The notes beneath the pieces are model-generated. The model worked only from the letters and a program-made list of their open reading frames with translations, did no database searches and had not been told where the DNA came from. From an uncultured Gammaproteobacteria bacterium (lineage in GTDB: Bacteria; Patescibacteriota; Patescibacteriia; Veblenbacterales; UBA10138): a stretch of DNA of 64,000 nucleotides. Both the position numbers and the translations under genes were made by a program. Location of the stretch: positions 15,489 to 79,488 of the forward strand of contig CAYGDX010000002.1 in assembly GCA_964348825.1 (NCBI GenBank). Direction: 5' to 3'. Numbering within the stretch: the stretch's first letter is position 1; each line of letters opens with the position of its first letter. This document shows positions 37,577 to 46,894 of this stretch, piece after piece.

Positions 37577-38335
37577 TTATTTTCTAATTAAAGTGATTAA
37601 CTCCTTAAAGTCTGTTGATTTGCAAATTGATTCATAATAAACTCTTTCTTTTTTCTTAAACACTTTATGCGCCCCAGATTTATTTTTTGAAGTGATAACT
37701 CTAAATTTATCATTAATAATTTCCAGCGCACTAAAATCATCAAGTGCCACAGCAACCCCCGGTGTTTTTTTCATCAAATTAATTAGACCCACCCTTCTAC
37801 TTTGTTCTCTAAGGTGGTGTGGACTAACAGTCAAATTTACCAAGCCCAACCCCCGTACCCGCATGTAGTCCTTACTTTTACCCTTTTGAAAAAGACGTGA
37901 ATCACTTAAGCCATACCTAAACCAACAAATCGCACCCGCACTTAAACCTGACATAACTTTCCCCCTATTATACGCTTGCCTTAATAATTTATCAATACCA
38001 AAGCGTCGCCAAATTTGCATCATCTTCATAGTGTTTCCCCCACCAACATAAATTATATCTGCCCCAAGTATTTTTCGCGCTATAACTCTTTGTGATAAAA
38101 ATTCTTTCACTACACAAAGAGAATCAAAATAACAACCCAGCCTAACTGAAAAATGCTTTTTAGCGAGATCAATATATGTTTTAGAATCTTTACTCGCAGT
38201 GGGTATAAATAAAAATTTAGGATGCTTCTTACCTGACAATCTAATAATTTCCTTATCAATCGATGTGGTTTCTATTTGATAACCCTTCCGTCCAATCTCA
38301 CCACCACCAATCCCAATAATTTTACGAATAGGCAT
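37577..38335 (-). CDS. peptidase S51 family (dipeptidase E / cyanophycinase-like)
   Basis: 252 aa. IIYVGGGNT ... VMSGLSAGAICW places the Ser nucleophile in the SAGA context. Confidence 0.7.
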   Translation of the reverse strand: MPIRKIIGIGGGEIGRKGYQIETTSIDKEIIRLSGKKHPKFLFIPTASKDSKTYIDLAKKHFSVRLGCYFDSLCVVKEFLSQRVIARKILGADIIYVGGGNTMKMMQIWRRFGIDKLLRQAYNRGKVMSGLSAGAICWFRYGLSDSRLFQKGKSKDYMRVRGLGLVNLTVSPHHLREQSRRVGLINLMKKTPGVAVALDDFSALEIINDKFRVITSKNKSGAHKVFKKKERVYYESICKSTDFKELITLIRK

Positions 38336-38377
38336 ATAACAACTTAAAGGCTCGATAAAATTTTTTATATCATTAAC

Positions 38378-38947
38378 TTATAATTTTAACCCTGTCTGAG
38401 ACGACTCATTTAATTTATTATCAATAATTTTATAATACTTACTTACCCCAACTGCGGGTGGAGTCGAAAATGGATCATCTGACCTACGCTCAGCATAATT
38501 TACAATAATTAAATCATTTCTAAATTCCGTAGTTTGTGGCGCAATACGATCACCAATTAATAAAGCATTAGTGCCAATGAATTTGTCACCACTACTTACT
38601 AATGCCGCCAAATAATAAAACGTGCCACTACCGCCACTGATTTGGGTAAGCAAAAAAACGATATCTTTTATACCATCGTTATTAAAATCTCCTACTACAT
38701 CATTGCCAAAATATTGCGTAATTTTTTTAGATGCCCCATTGGTAGTTATCTCCTTCTCATTATAACCGCTTTTAAGCGTAATTTGTTCCCCGTCAATCAA
38801 ATAAGTGCTATTTTTTACATCTGTCTCGCTTATAGTATGAATATTTCCATCATCAACTGCGAAATTAAATTTATAAATTACCAAGCCAAATATAATAAAA
38901 ATCACCACTCCGATGGCAACACTAAAAAAAATTATAAGCTTATTCAT
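38378..38947 (-). CDS. secreted hypothetical protein (FG-GAP-like DFNNDGIKD motif)
   Basis: 189 aa with an N-terminal TM/signal helix. Confidence 0.4.
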   Translation of the reverse strand: MNKLIIFFSVAIGVVIFIIFGLVIYKFNFAVDDGNIHTISETDVKNSTYLIDGEQITLKSGYNEKEITTNGASKKITQYFGNDVVGDFNNDGIKDIVFLLTQISGGSGTFYYLAALVSSGDKFIGTNALLIGDRIAPQTTEFRNDLIIVNYAERRSDDPFSTPPAVGVSKYYKIIDNKLNESSQTGLKL

Positions 38948-39021
38948 AATTTTATAATAACAAAAAAACGCTTTAAAAGCGATTTTTATACAAATAACAT
39001 ATAAATCATTTTAAATCTATA

Positions 39022-39807
39022 TTAAGACAAAACATTAACCAACGCACGTTGAATAATTTTATTATTGCAAGCAATAAATGTTGGAACATTTTCATTTATC
39101 AATTTATCACCTTTAAAATCAACTACTAAAGCCCCCGCCTCTTTGGCAATCAACCTACCGGCTAAATAATCGTATTTATTATTATGATCACTAACCACCG
39201 CTTCAATTTTACCAGACGCTAATAAACAAAAATCAAAAGCTGGTGACCAACAACTTAAAAACCTTTTTATTTTTATACCACGCATTTGTTTTACGACCAC
39301 TATTTCACGTGAATAAGCTACCCCATAACTACAAGAATAAGCTACGGTGGCATGATTAATATCGTGAACAGAATTAACAGATAATTTTTTACTCCCAAGA
39401 TATGCGCCATGATTTATCTCGGCACAGTACATCTGTTTTAAAAAAGGTTGATATACAACAGAATGAGTTGTAATATTATTTTCTTGCAAAGCTATGGCTA
39501 CGGAAAAGTTAGGTATTCCAATAACAAAATTATTTGTGCCGTCAAGCGGATCAATAGTAAATGTATAACTAGATTTTTTATTTATTAAACCACATTCTTC
39601 GGAAAAAATATTATAATCGGGGAATTCTTTTTCTAATATACTTATTATTGCCCGTTCCGAACCAATATCGGCTTTAGTAAAAAAATCTGATGCTGTTGAT
39701 TTTTGGACTGATTGCAACCCCTTACCAAAATATTTTTGCACTACAAAACCTCCGGCTCTAGCCGCTTTAATCATCTTCTTTGTAATGACTGACTTATATC
39801 TCAACAT
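39022..39807 (-). CDS. inositol monophosphatase family protein (SuhB/CysQ-like)
   Basis: 261 aa. FTIDPLDGTNNF and the WSPAFD-type second motif. Confidence 0.8.
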   Translation of the reverse strand: MLRYKSVITKKMIKAARAGGFVVQKYFGKGLQSVQKSTASDFFTKADIGSERAIISILEKEFPDYNIFSEECGLINKKSSYTFTIDPLDGTNNFVIGIPNFSVAIALQENNITTHSVVYQPFLKQMYCAEINHGAYLGSKKLSVNSVHDINHATVAYSCSYGVAYSREIVVVKQMRGIKIKRFLSCWSPAFDFCLLASGKIEAVVSDHNNKYDYLAGRLIAKEAGALVVDFKGDKLINENVPTFIACNNKIIQRALVNVLS

Positions 39808-39918
39808 AATAATATTATAACATAAAAATATCTAAAGCTATCCACTTTTAAATCGACTCTTTGATTCCTCCTTATTTTTATATCAAAGGAAAAAATCCCA
39901 CCATAAAGGTGAGATACT

Positions 39919-40106
39919 TTGCCTTGGCAGGGGGTGAAGGAATCCTCTTCCCCCAAAATTTAGCAACGCTTTAGCGTAAGCTAAATTTTTCCTCCAAAAC
40001 CCGGGTGTTTAAAAATCTAAAGCAGTTTAGATTTTTAAACTACCCTTCGATTCCTACCTTCACCACATTCAAGAAAAGAGCGCTTCCAAAAATCGGAACC
40101 GCTCTT
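39919..40106. repeat. tRNA-3'-end-linked repeat unit 1 (starts with 21-nt copy of the tRNA-Trp 3' end)
   Basis: TTGGCAGGGGGTGAAGGAATC, then CTCTTCCCCCAAAATTTAGCAACGC and onward. It matches the 62886..63010 element next to tRNA-Lys at roughly 90%. Confidence 0.75.
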
Positions 40107-40286
40107 TTCTGGCAGGGGGTGAAGGAATCCTCTTCCCCCGTCGTGCTCGAAGACTCGCACTCCTCCGCCAGAACCCGGCGCCCGTTGCGACTGCCACTAG
40201 GCAGTCGGTCGGGTCGCCTTCGATTCCTCTGCCATCTCTACATACCAAGATAAATCACCCCACCGTGAAGGTGAGGTGATTTATCT
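40107..40286. repeat. tRNA-3'-end-linked repeat unit 2 with ~95-nt GC-rich structured insert
   Basis: Starts with the same 20-nt tRNA-Trp 3'-end copy followed by CTCTTCCCCC. It then diverges into a roughly 65% GC segment (40135..40235) that contains the perfect hairpin CGACTGCC-ACTA-GGCAGTCG. Confidence 0.7.
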
Positions 40287-40360
40287 TGGCAGGGGGTGAA
40301 GGAATCGAACCCACGCTAGAGGTTTTGGAGACCCCTGTACTACCATTATACTAACCCCCC
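40287..40360 (-). tRNA. tRNA-Trp (anticodon CCA), CCA encoded
   Basis: Hand-folded. Acceptor GGGGGGT/ACCCCCT, anticodon stem GGGGT/ACCTC with loop CTCCAAA, T-loop TTCGATT. The T-stem has one mismatch. Confidence 0.7.
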
Positions 40361-40374
40361 ATAAGTAGGCGCAC

Positions 40375-40530
40375 CTACTTCGTTTCTTTATGCATCGCGT
40401 GCTTCTTGCACCATTCACAATGTTTTTTCAATTCCAAACGTGTTTTCACTTTCTTCTTATTACGGAAGGTGTGATAATTGATGCGGTGACAAGCACTGCA
40501 TTCCATTTTTATAAGATTATCTTGAGACAT
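40375..40530 (-). CDS. rpmG: 50S ribosomal protein L33
   Basis: 51 aa, below the ORF-track cutoff. MSQDNLIKMECSACHRINYHTFRNKKKVKTRLELKKHCEWCKKHAMHKETK has the C4 zinc ribbon and typical L33 spacing. Confidence 0.85.
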   Translation of the reverse strand: MSQDNLIKMECSACHRINYHTFRNKKKVKTRLELKKHCEWCKKHAMHKETK

Positions 40531-40584
40531 AATATTAGAAATAATAAATAATAAAAATCATTATTACAAGCTTCGGTTTTTACA

Positions 40585-40660
40585 TGGAGCCGATGGTCGG
40601 GTTCGAACCGACGACCTACGGTTTACAAAACCGTTGCTCTACCAGCTGAGCTACATCGGC
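40585..40660 (-). tRNA. tRNA-Thr (anticodon UGU)
   Basis: GCCGATGTAGCTCAGCTGGTAGAGCAACGGTTTTGTAAACCGT ... GGTTCGAACCCGACCATCGGCTCCA, cloverleaf folded by hand. Confidence 0.85.
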
Positions 40661-40661
40661 G

Positions 40662-40749
40662 TGGTGGGTGGGATAGGATTCGAACCTATGAAGCCACGAG
40701 GGCAACTGGTTTACAGCCAGTCACGTTTGACCACTTCGTTACCCACCCC
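40662..40749 (-). tRNA. tRNA-Tyr (anticodon GUA), long variable arm
   Basis: GGGGTGGGTAACGAAGTGGTCAAACGTGACTGGCTGTAAACCAGTT ... GGTTCGAATCCTATCCCACCCACCA. Confidence 0.8.
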
Positions 40750-40775
40750 TACAAAAACATAATTTCTCCACCCTG

Positions 40776-40848
40776 AGCCGTTGATCGGAATTGAACCGAT
40801 GACCTACTCCTTACCATGGAGTTGCTCTACCAGCTGAGCTACAACGGC
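40776..40848 (-). tRNA. tRNA-Thr (anticodon GGU)
   Basis: GCCGTTGTAGCTCAGCTGGTAGAGCAACTCCATGGTAAGGAGT ... GGTTCAATTCCGATCAACGGCT. Confidence 0.8.
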
Positions 40849-40875
40849 TCAAGGGGGACAAAAAATAATTACACT

Positions 40876-41781
40876 TTATTTAATAGACAATTTAATAGAC
40901 ATTTTTTTGTTTCTTTGGCGATTTGTTAAAGCTCGAATCGCTTGCGCAAAATCTGCTATTTTTTGATTATCTGGATTAGTATCTTTTAACCTATTTAAAG
41001 CTTCCTGTGCTTCAATTAGGTGCCCATTTACTATACTGAGTTCAATAAAAAAGTCAAGTACTTTTGGATTATTTGGCTCGAGCGCGCGTGCCGCTGTCAT
41101 TTGTACTAAAGCACCCTCACTATCACCCAAATCTTCCAAAACATGGGCTAGCTCTAATCTTATTTCCAATGAATTATTAAATACTAAACTCTGCTCAAAA
41201 GCTGCGCGCGCTTCATTTAACAATCCTTGCCCCAAATTCGCTCGAGCTAAATTAAGATAAGCTGAGTTATCACCCTTAGTTATTAAATACTCAAGCACCT
41301 CGCGCGCTGGTTCAAAATCACGCTTCGCTAAATAAACTTCAGCTAAACTTTGGTAAAATTCTAAACGACTGGGCTCTTTAGCAATCGCATCAAGTAGATA
41401 CTGCTCGCTTGATTCATAATTACCCGCCTTAAGTGCCTTAATTGACTTTGATTTTAATTCGGTAGCCGCTACTTGGGGCGACAATTTATGTTCAATTTCC
41501 GCCACTAATTTATTTTCCAACCCTTGCCAATATTTATTGGCATTTGGTTTAGTTATTTTTGATACTGGGGTAGAAATTTTTTTGGTTAGGGTTTGTACAA
41601 AACTACGTGCACTACGCATTAAACGCATTTGAACTAATTTGTGTTTAACTTCTTGCTGGTTAATATCGACTACCAACTTAGGATTAATCAATTTTAAAAT
41701 TGACCACTTGCGCCATAATAACCCAAGTAGGCCTAATATTCCGAGCCAAAATAAAATACCTAAAATCAAATCTAATCCCAT
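40876..41781 (-). CDS. TPR-repeat protein with N-terminal membrane anchor
   Basis: 301 aa. N-terminal TM helix, then 4-5 TPR-like repeats (AEVYLAKRDFEPAREVLE ...). Confidence 0.5.
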   Translation of the reverse strand: MGLDLILGILFWLGILGLLGLLWRKWSILKLINPKLVVDINQQEVKHKLVQMRLMRSARSFVQTLTKKISTPVSKITKPNANKYWQGLENKLVAEIEHKLSPQVAATELKSKSIKALKAGNYESSEQYLLDAIAKEPSRLEFYQSLAEVYLAKRDFEPAREVLEYLITKGDNSAYLNLARANLGQGLLNEARAAFEQSLVFNNSLEIRLELAHVLEDLGDSEGALVQMTAARALEPNNPKVLDFFIELSIVNGHLIEAQEALNRLKDTNPDNQKIADFAQAIRALTNRQRNKKMSIKLSIK

Positions 41782-41782
41782 A

Positions 41783-42634
41783 TTAATTTACTGATTTGAT
41801 TTTTTTAGTTACTAATTTCGCAATTTTTTCAATTATCGGTAACATAATCACCCGTGGATCATATTCATTTTTTTGAATTTGTAACTGCTCGTGTAATCCA
41901 CCCAAATAAGCTAAACGAATTTCAGTATCAATATTAGCCACTGTAGCGCCTAGCGATTTAGCTTTTTTCAATTGTTCAACCGGTACACCAGAAGCACCAT
42001 GCAAAACCAAGGGCAAACAACATAATTTATGAATCGCTTCTAAACGCTCAAAATCAATGGTTGGTAATTTATGAAAAATTTTGGCTGGACCGTGCAAGGT
42101 GCCAACCGCCACTGCCAAACTATCCACACCAGTTAACTTTACAAATTCTTGGGCTTGTTTGGGATCGGTCATTAAATCAGCCGCGGCGTGCAAAGTTTTA
42201 AAATTTTTATCAGGTTGTAGTGCGCCCACCTCACCTTGTACTATCACATTATGCTTGTGGGCTAGTGCTACCACTTTTTTAGTTAATGCTATATTAGCTT
42301 TATATGGTAAAGCTGAACCATCAATCATCACTGAAGAAAATCCAGCTTGAATTGCACGAGCTACTACTTCAAAACTATGGCCATGATCCAAATGCATCGC
42401 AAGTGGCGCAGTAATACTTTTATCCTGCACAATTGATTCGATAGTGGCCACAATTGTTTTAAGGCCAAGATAATTTATAGTTTTTTCACTCACTTCAAAT
42501 AAAGCTGTGGCCTTAGCTGCTGTTACCCCACGCGCAATTGCCCAAGTGGTTTCGGCGTTAATGGTATTAAAAGCAAAAATTAACTTTTTTTGATTGTAGG
42601 CCTGATTTATAATTTTACGAGCGTGAAGTAACAT
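41783..42634 (-). CDS. fba: fructose-bisphosphate aldolase, class II
   Basis: 283 aa. LAMHLDHGHS zinc-binding motif and LVLHGASG. Confidence 0.85.
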   Translation of the reverse strand: MLLHARKIINQAYNQKKLIFAFNTINAETTWAIARGVTAAKATALFEVSEKTINYLGLKTIVATIESIVQDKSITAPLAMHLDHGHSFEVVARAIQAGFSSVMIDGSALPYKANIALTKKVVALAHKHNVIVQGEVGALQPDKNFKTLHAAADLMTDPKQAQEFVKLTGVDSLAVAVGTLHGPAKIFHKLPTIDFERLEAIHKLCCLPLVLHGASGVPVEQLKKAKSLGATVANIDTEIRLAYLGGLHEQLQIQKNEYDPRVIMLPIIEKIAKLVTKKIKSVN

Positions 42635-42643
42635 AAGAATAAG

Positions 42644-43411
42644 CTAAATTTGTTTTAATAATGAAATAAAACGTTTGGCTTCCAAACTAGCGCCACCTAC
42701 CAACACGCCATTAATTGGCGGAACATCATGCACAAAAGAATCGATATTTGTTAAATCTACACTACCACCATAAATAATTTTTATTTGACTATCGACTGTT
42801 TTTTTAGAGAAATGATCAAGTAGCGCCCGATTTATTACTTGTGCTGTATGCTGAGCTTCCACGGGCTCTACTGCCTGCCCTGAACCAATCACCCACACTG
42901 GCTCATAAGCAATAATTAATTTTTGAGCTCCAGATAATGTTAAACCATCGAGCGCTTGATTAACTTGCCTAGCCACTACCATATCTTTTTGCCCTATTTG
43001 GCGCTGGGCAAATGTTTCACCTACACATAATACTGGTACCATATTGGCCGCTACCACTCCAGCTACTTTTTGTTGAATCATTACATCACTCTCACCAAAA
43101 TATTGCCGTCGTTCAGAATGACCCACAATTACATAGCCCACACCCAGCTCTTTTAAAACTTCGGGCGATACTTCACCAGTGTAGGGGCCAGTACTTTTCC
43201 AAAACACATCTTGTGCACCTAAAATAACACCGGAGCGTTTTATTACCTCGGCCACAGCTTGAAGCGCTGGAAAGCTCGGCGCTAAAACCAACTCAAAACT
43301 ATTTTTAAATTTTTTATATTCTTTAACCAACTGTTTCGCTGTAAGCGTACTATCTTTGATAGACAAGTTCATTTTCCAGTTGGCGATTATGAGTGGATAT
43401 TTTTTGAACAT
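42644..43411 (-). CDS. tpiA: triosephosphate isomerase
   Basis: 255 aa. IIANWKMN, GHSERR, AYEPVWVIGSG. Confidence 0.9.
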   Translation of the reverse strand: MFKKYPLIIANWKMNLSIKDSTLTAKQLVKEYKKFKNSFELVLAPSFPALQAVAEVIKRSGVILGAQDVFWKSTGPYTGEVSPEVLKELGVGYVIVGHSERRQYFGESDVMIQQKVAGVVAANMVPVLCVGETFAQRQIGQKDMVVARQVNQALDGLTLSGAQKLIIAYEPVWVIGSGQAVEPVEAQHTAQVINRALLDHFSKKTVDSQIKIIYGGSVDLTNIDSFVHDVPPINGVLVGGASLEAKRFISLLKQI

Positions 43412-43611
43412 AAAAATATAAATTTCTAATTTCTAATCACTAATTTCTAAAAATAACTAAATTGTTTAAATCCTAAACTCTAAATCTTATTCATCAGAAC
43501 ACTAGAACATTCAAACATTAGAACATTATTAATAAAAAACTTTTCTGTTTTTATGTTCTAGTGTTCTGATGTTCTAATGAAAAACTCTTACTCTTACTTA
43601 ATAATTCTACC

Positions 43612-44595
43612 TCATTCTCTCTGGCCTAGCCAATTCAAAACTTTATTAACATCTTCTACTCGGCTGGAAGCTTCAGGCGCGTTTAAAAGCGCTACAATAT
43701 ACTCTTTATTATTTTTAAATTTAATTTGAAAAACTATACTACTCCCCGCTTCTTCCAAATAACCTGTTTTACTCGCTACTACTGTATATTTATTAGACGG
43801 ACTTATTACCAAGCGATTGGTATTTTTAATTGTATGCCACTCACCACTACCAGTTTTAAATTTTATTTGTGGCAGACCTGACAATTTTTTAAGCAATGGA
43901 TTACGCCAAACATTTTGGGCGAGACGCGCAATTTCGTAAGCTGTGCCAGTATTATCGGCCAACAATCCAGTGGCATCGGCAAAATGAGTTGATTTAAACT
44001 CCAACTCATCAGCTTTTTGATTCATTAAGCGAATAAATTCAGTTGGGTCATAAACTGATGCTTCTGCTAGTGCGGCCATTGCATTATTAGCTGAACCAAC
44101 TAAACCGGAGGATAATAAATCATAAATTTTTACTGGCTCGCCGTCTTTGACCCGCAAATAACTAATACTATCACCACGGGCTCGATAATACTTTAATAAT
44201 TCGCTGTTACTTGAGGCGGTCATTTTAAATTGATTTTGCAAAGGAAAATCTTGATCAATTACCAAACGCGCTGTCATTAATTTTGTTAAACTGGCCAGTG
44301 GTAATTCTAAATCTGGTTCTAATTCACCTATCACCTGCCCACTTGGTAGTTCTAAAACTACGGCGGCCAAGCTAGCTAATTCTAATTCTTCTAATTTATA
44401 CGGTGCAGTAAATTCATCATAAAATAAATAATTATCCGCTGATAAAACATTCACGGTTTGATGAATAATTCCCGGCCAAAAAGTAAATAAAATCGCCAAA
44501 ACTACAGCTGCTTGCCAAAGTTCTGATTTAAATATATTAGCTTGAAGTTTGGGCCAGAATTCTTTCCAAATTGGCATGTTGAATAAGTTCTTCAT
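43612..44595 (-). CDS. D-alanyl-D-alanine carboxypeptidase (peptidase S11, PBP5-like)
   Basis: 327 aa. SxxK motif LASLTKLMTA, SGN-like and KTG (SKTGY) motifs, and an N-terminal TM helix. Confidence 0.75.
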   Translation of the reverse strand: MKNLFNMPIWKEFWPKLQANIFKSELWQAAVVLAILFTFWPGIIHQTVNVLSADNYLFYDEFTAPYKLEELELASLAAVVLELPSGQVIGELEPDLELPLASLTKLMTARLVIDQDFPLQNQFKMTASSNSELLKYYRARGDSISYLRVKDGEPVKIYDLLSSGLVGSANNAMAALAEASVYDPTEFIRLMNQKADELEFKSTHFADATGLLADNTGTAYEIARLAQNVWRNPLLKKLSGLPQIKFKTGSGEWHTIKNTNRLVISPSNKYTVVASKTGYLEEAGSSIVFQIKFKNNKEYIVALLNAPEASSRVEDVNKVLNWLGQRE

Positions 44596-45094
44596 ATTGA
44601 GGCAGTTCCTTAATATCTTTAAGCCCTAAGTATCTTATAAAATCCATGGTTACTTTGTACTTTGGCATAGTGTTAGATGATTCTTCAGTTTCAACTAGCC
44701 CGCGAATTAGTAAATTACGCAAAATCAAAGCACAATTCACGCCCCTGATTTGTTCGAGCTCGGGCTTAGTAAGTGGTCCACGATAAGCCACTACCGATAA
44801 AGCTTCTAATTGCGGACGAGTGAGTTCGCCTAATTCTTCTTTTTTTAAAAACTGACGCACTAAATTGGCTTGCTCGGGTGCAGTAGCTAAAACTGCTTCT
44901 CGGTCGTGAATTAAAACTACTAATCCACTTCCAGTAGTTTCATAACGTGATTTTAATTGTTTGAGACCTTCTTCTACCTCGACTGATTTCACTTCACAAA
45001 GTTCTGCCAAACGCTTTAAACCAATCGGCTTACCAGCGGCGAAGAGGACGACCTCTAATTTTTTGATTAAATCTGATGTTTGATTATTAGACAT
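44537..45094 (-). CDS. scpB: segregation and condensation protein B
   Basis: 185 aa with two winged-helix repeats (VVAYRGPLTKPELEQIRGVN). Confidence 0.8.
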   Translation of the reverse strand: MSNNQTSDLIKKLEVVLFAAGKPIGLKRLAELCEVKSVEVEEGLKQLKSRYETTGSGLVVLIHDREAVLATAPEQANLVRQFLKKEELGELTRPQLEALSVVAYRGPLTKPELEQIRGVNCALILRNLLIRGLVETEESSNTMPKYKVTMDFIRYLGLKDIKELPQYEELIQHANLERILAQTSS

Positions 45095-45265
45095 AATAAT
45101 TTAAATTCTAGACTCTAAATCTAAAACAAATCATAAATTCAAATGTTTTAAATTTTTTGAATTTTTGCCATTGGAATTTATTTAGGATTTAGATATTAGG
45201 ATTTCGGATTTTTTGGTTCTAGATTCCCGCCTCCGCGGGAATGACGACTTCTAATAATTATACTC

Positions 45266-45994
45266 TTACCCTAAGCTCTTACTCTTGCTAATACTTATTT
45301 CCTCAAACAACCCATTTTGCTCCACACTCACTTCTTTTTGTTTCACAAGTTCAAGTAGCGCGAGAAACGACACTATCATTTCGGTTTTATCTTTGGCCTT
45401 GGTTTTTAAATGTTGCCAAGTGAGGCCGGCGTGATCTTTTATAAAATTCCTTAGGTGCTCAATTTTTTCTTTAAGTGAAATAGCTTTTTGTAAAGTAATT
45501 TGCGGTAATTTGATAATTGGTTCTAAAATTGCCAAAATTTTACGGAAAGCTTGCTCTAGAATAGAAATATCTAAACCAGACGGTGGTGGTGAAAAACGTT
45601 TTAATTCCTCTAAAATAATTGGTTTTTCCCGAATATATTCAATTTGTCCCTGCCGCCATAGTTTATCAATTTTTTGTCCAGCTTCCAAATAAGCTTTAAA
45701 TAATTTCAATTGTTCTTGTAGTTCAATGGCTTCTTCCTCACCACCTAAGGATATTCCTGGCAAAAGTAAACGTGATTTTATAAGTAGTAATTTAGCGGCG
45801 ACGACTAACCAATCTGCCACTTCCGCCGGATTTAATTCTTCTACCTGCGCTAAATATTTTAAATATTGATCACACACTTGTGCCAAAGACACTTCCGATA
45901 TATCAAGCTCCTCCTGCTCAATTAGCTGGAGGAGTAAATCCATTGGGCCTTGAAATTTTTCTAGTTTAATTTGGTACACGACAAAAAGAGTCAA
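45266..45994 (-). CDS. scpA: segregation and condensation protein A
   Basis: 242 aa. The KLEKFQGPMDLLLQLIEQEELDI N-terminus is the ScpA signature. Confidence 0.85.
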   Translation of the reverse strand: MTLFVVYQIKLEKFQGPMDLLLQLIEQEELDISEVSLAQVCDQYLKYLAQVEELNPAEVADWLVVAAKLLLIKSRLLLPGISLGGEEEAIELQEQLKLFKAYLEAGQKIDKLWRQGQIEYIREKPIILEELKRFSPPPSGLDISILEQAFRKILAILEPIIKLPQITLQKAISLKEKIEHLRNFIKDHAGLTWQHLKTKAKDKTEMIVSFLALLELVKQKEVSVEQNGLFEEISISKSKSLG

Positions 45995-46018
45995 AAGTAA
46001 AAATCAGAACTAATTTTT

Positions 46019-46492
46019 TTATTTTTTCTTTTTTGCAAATACGGCCAAGGTGCCTTCCACCACTTTTAACAAATCCTTGGTTTTGATGTGAAGTGATTGT
46101 TCAAAACTACCAGCTTGCGCCACCACTTTTTGCGCTTTCATTACCGCCTTATCAACGTAAACAGGAATTTTGTGAAGTGGACCATGAAAAGCGGAAAGCG
46201 CGCCCGGTTTTATTTTAAATAATTTTACCATTACATTTTCACGATCAATATCCACTATTTTCGCGCCCAATACTTTTTTCAAAATTTTAAAATCTACTTG
46301 ATGTGAAGCTGGTAGTACCAAAAGCACATGACCTTTATCTACTTTAACCACTAAAGTTTTAGCGACTTCGGTTAATTTCTTTTTTAAAGTTTGCGCCAAA
46401 TCATAAGTCGTAAATACTTTTTTGTGTTCTAAAATATCGTGCTTAATTTTATTTTTCTTAAGAAAATTAGTAACCTTAGCTGGAATTTTCAT
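46019..46492 (-). CDS. YbaK/ProX-type aminoacyl-tRNA deacylase domain protein
   Basis: GHVLLVLPASHQVDFKILKKVLG ... SAFHG matches YbaK. Start set at the internal Met (MKIPAKV); the longer track ORF would overlap the next gene. Confidence 0.6.
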   Translation of the reverse strand: MKIPAKVTNFLKKNKIKHDILEHKKVFTTYDLAQTLKKKLTEVAKTLVVKVDKGHVLLVLPASHQVDFKILKKVLGAKIVDIDRENVMVKLFKIKPGALSAFHGPLHKIPVYVDKAVMKAQKVVAQAGSFEQSLHIKTKDLLKVVEGTLAVFAKKKK

Positions 46493-46514
46493 ATTAAATA
46501 AATAAATTATTAAA

Positions 46515-46778
46515 CTACTGTTGCACACTATTAAACCACTCTGTAACCGGTAATCCAATTGCCGATAGTAAAAATAAAACCAAAGCCGCAATCAGCACAA
46601 TAATAATTACTCGTAAAACTACATGGGTTACCACTTTTAAAATTAAAAGGCCAACAAAAATTAATACTAATCCCAAAACCCATGATGGTATAACTACACC
46701 AAACGGCAAGGTGATATTATCGCCAGCCAGTTCGCCGATTGAACTTAGCCAACCAAATATTGTATCTATGATAGACAT
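46515..46778 (-). CDS. small membrane protein (2 TM)
   Basis: 87 aa and hydrophobic. Confidence 0.35.
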   Translation of the reverse strand: MSIIDTIFGWLSSIGELAGDNITLPFGVVIPSWVLGLVLIFVGLLILKVVTHVVLRVIIIVLIAALVLFLLSAIGLPVTEWFNSVQQ

Positions 46779-46894
46779 AAAAATTTTTTTAGTTAATAAA
46801 GTTTAATTTATGACATTAGATCACTAGAACACTAGATCATTAAAACAAAAAAATTTTATTAATTAATTTTCTAATGTTGAAGTGTTCTAATGTT

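Noticed and set aside
40135-40235. tmRNA / SRP RNA / RNase P RNA identity for the GC-rich insert
   Set aside because: It is too short (about 100 nt). There is no acceptor-stem pairing between the ends, no tag-reading-frame context, and no SRP domain-IV or P4 consensus visible by eye.
40005-40253. 82-aa plus-strand ORF
   Set aside because: It spans the tRNA-linked repeat units and the GC-rich insert. Arg/Pro/Ser-rich with no RBS, so it is considered non-coding.
39840-40290. CRISPR array hypothesis for the tandem ~185-bp units
   Set aside because: Only two and a half units are present. The repeated part is a tRNA 3'-end copy with long divergent bodies, and there are no short regular repeat-spacer units.
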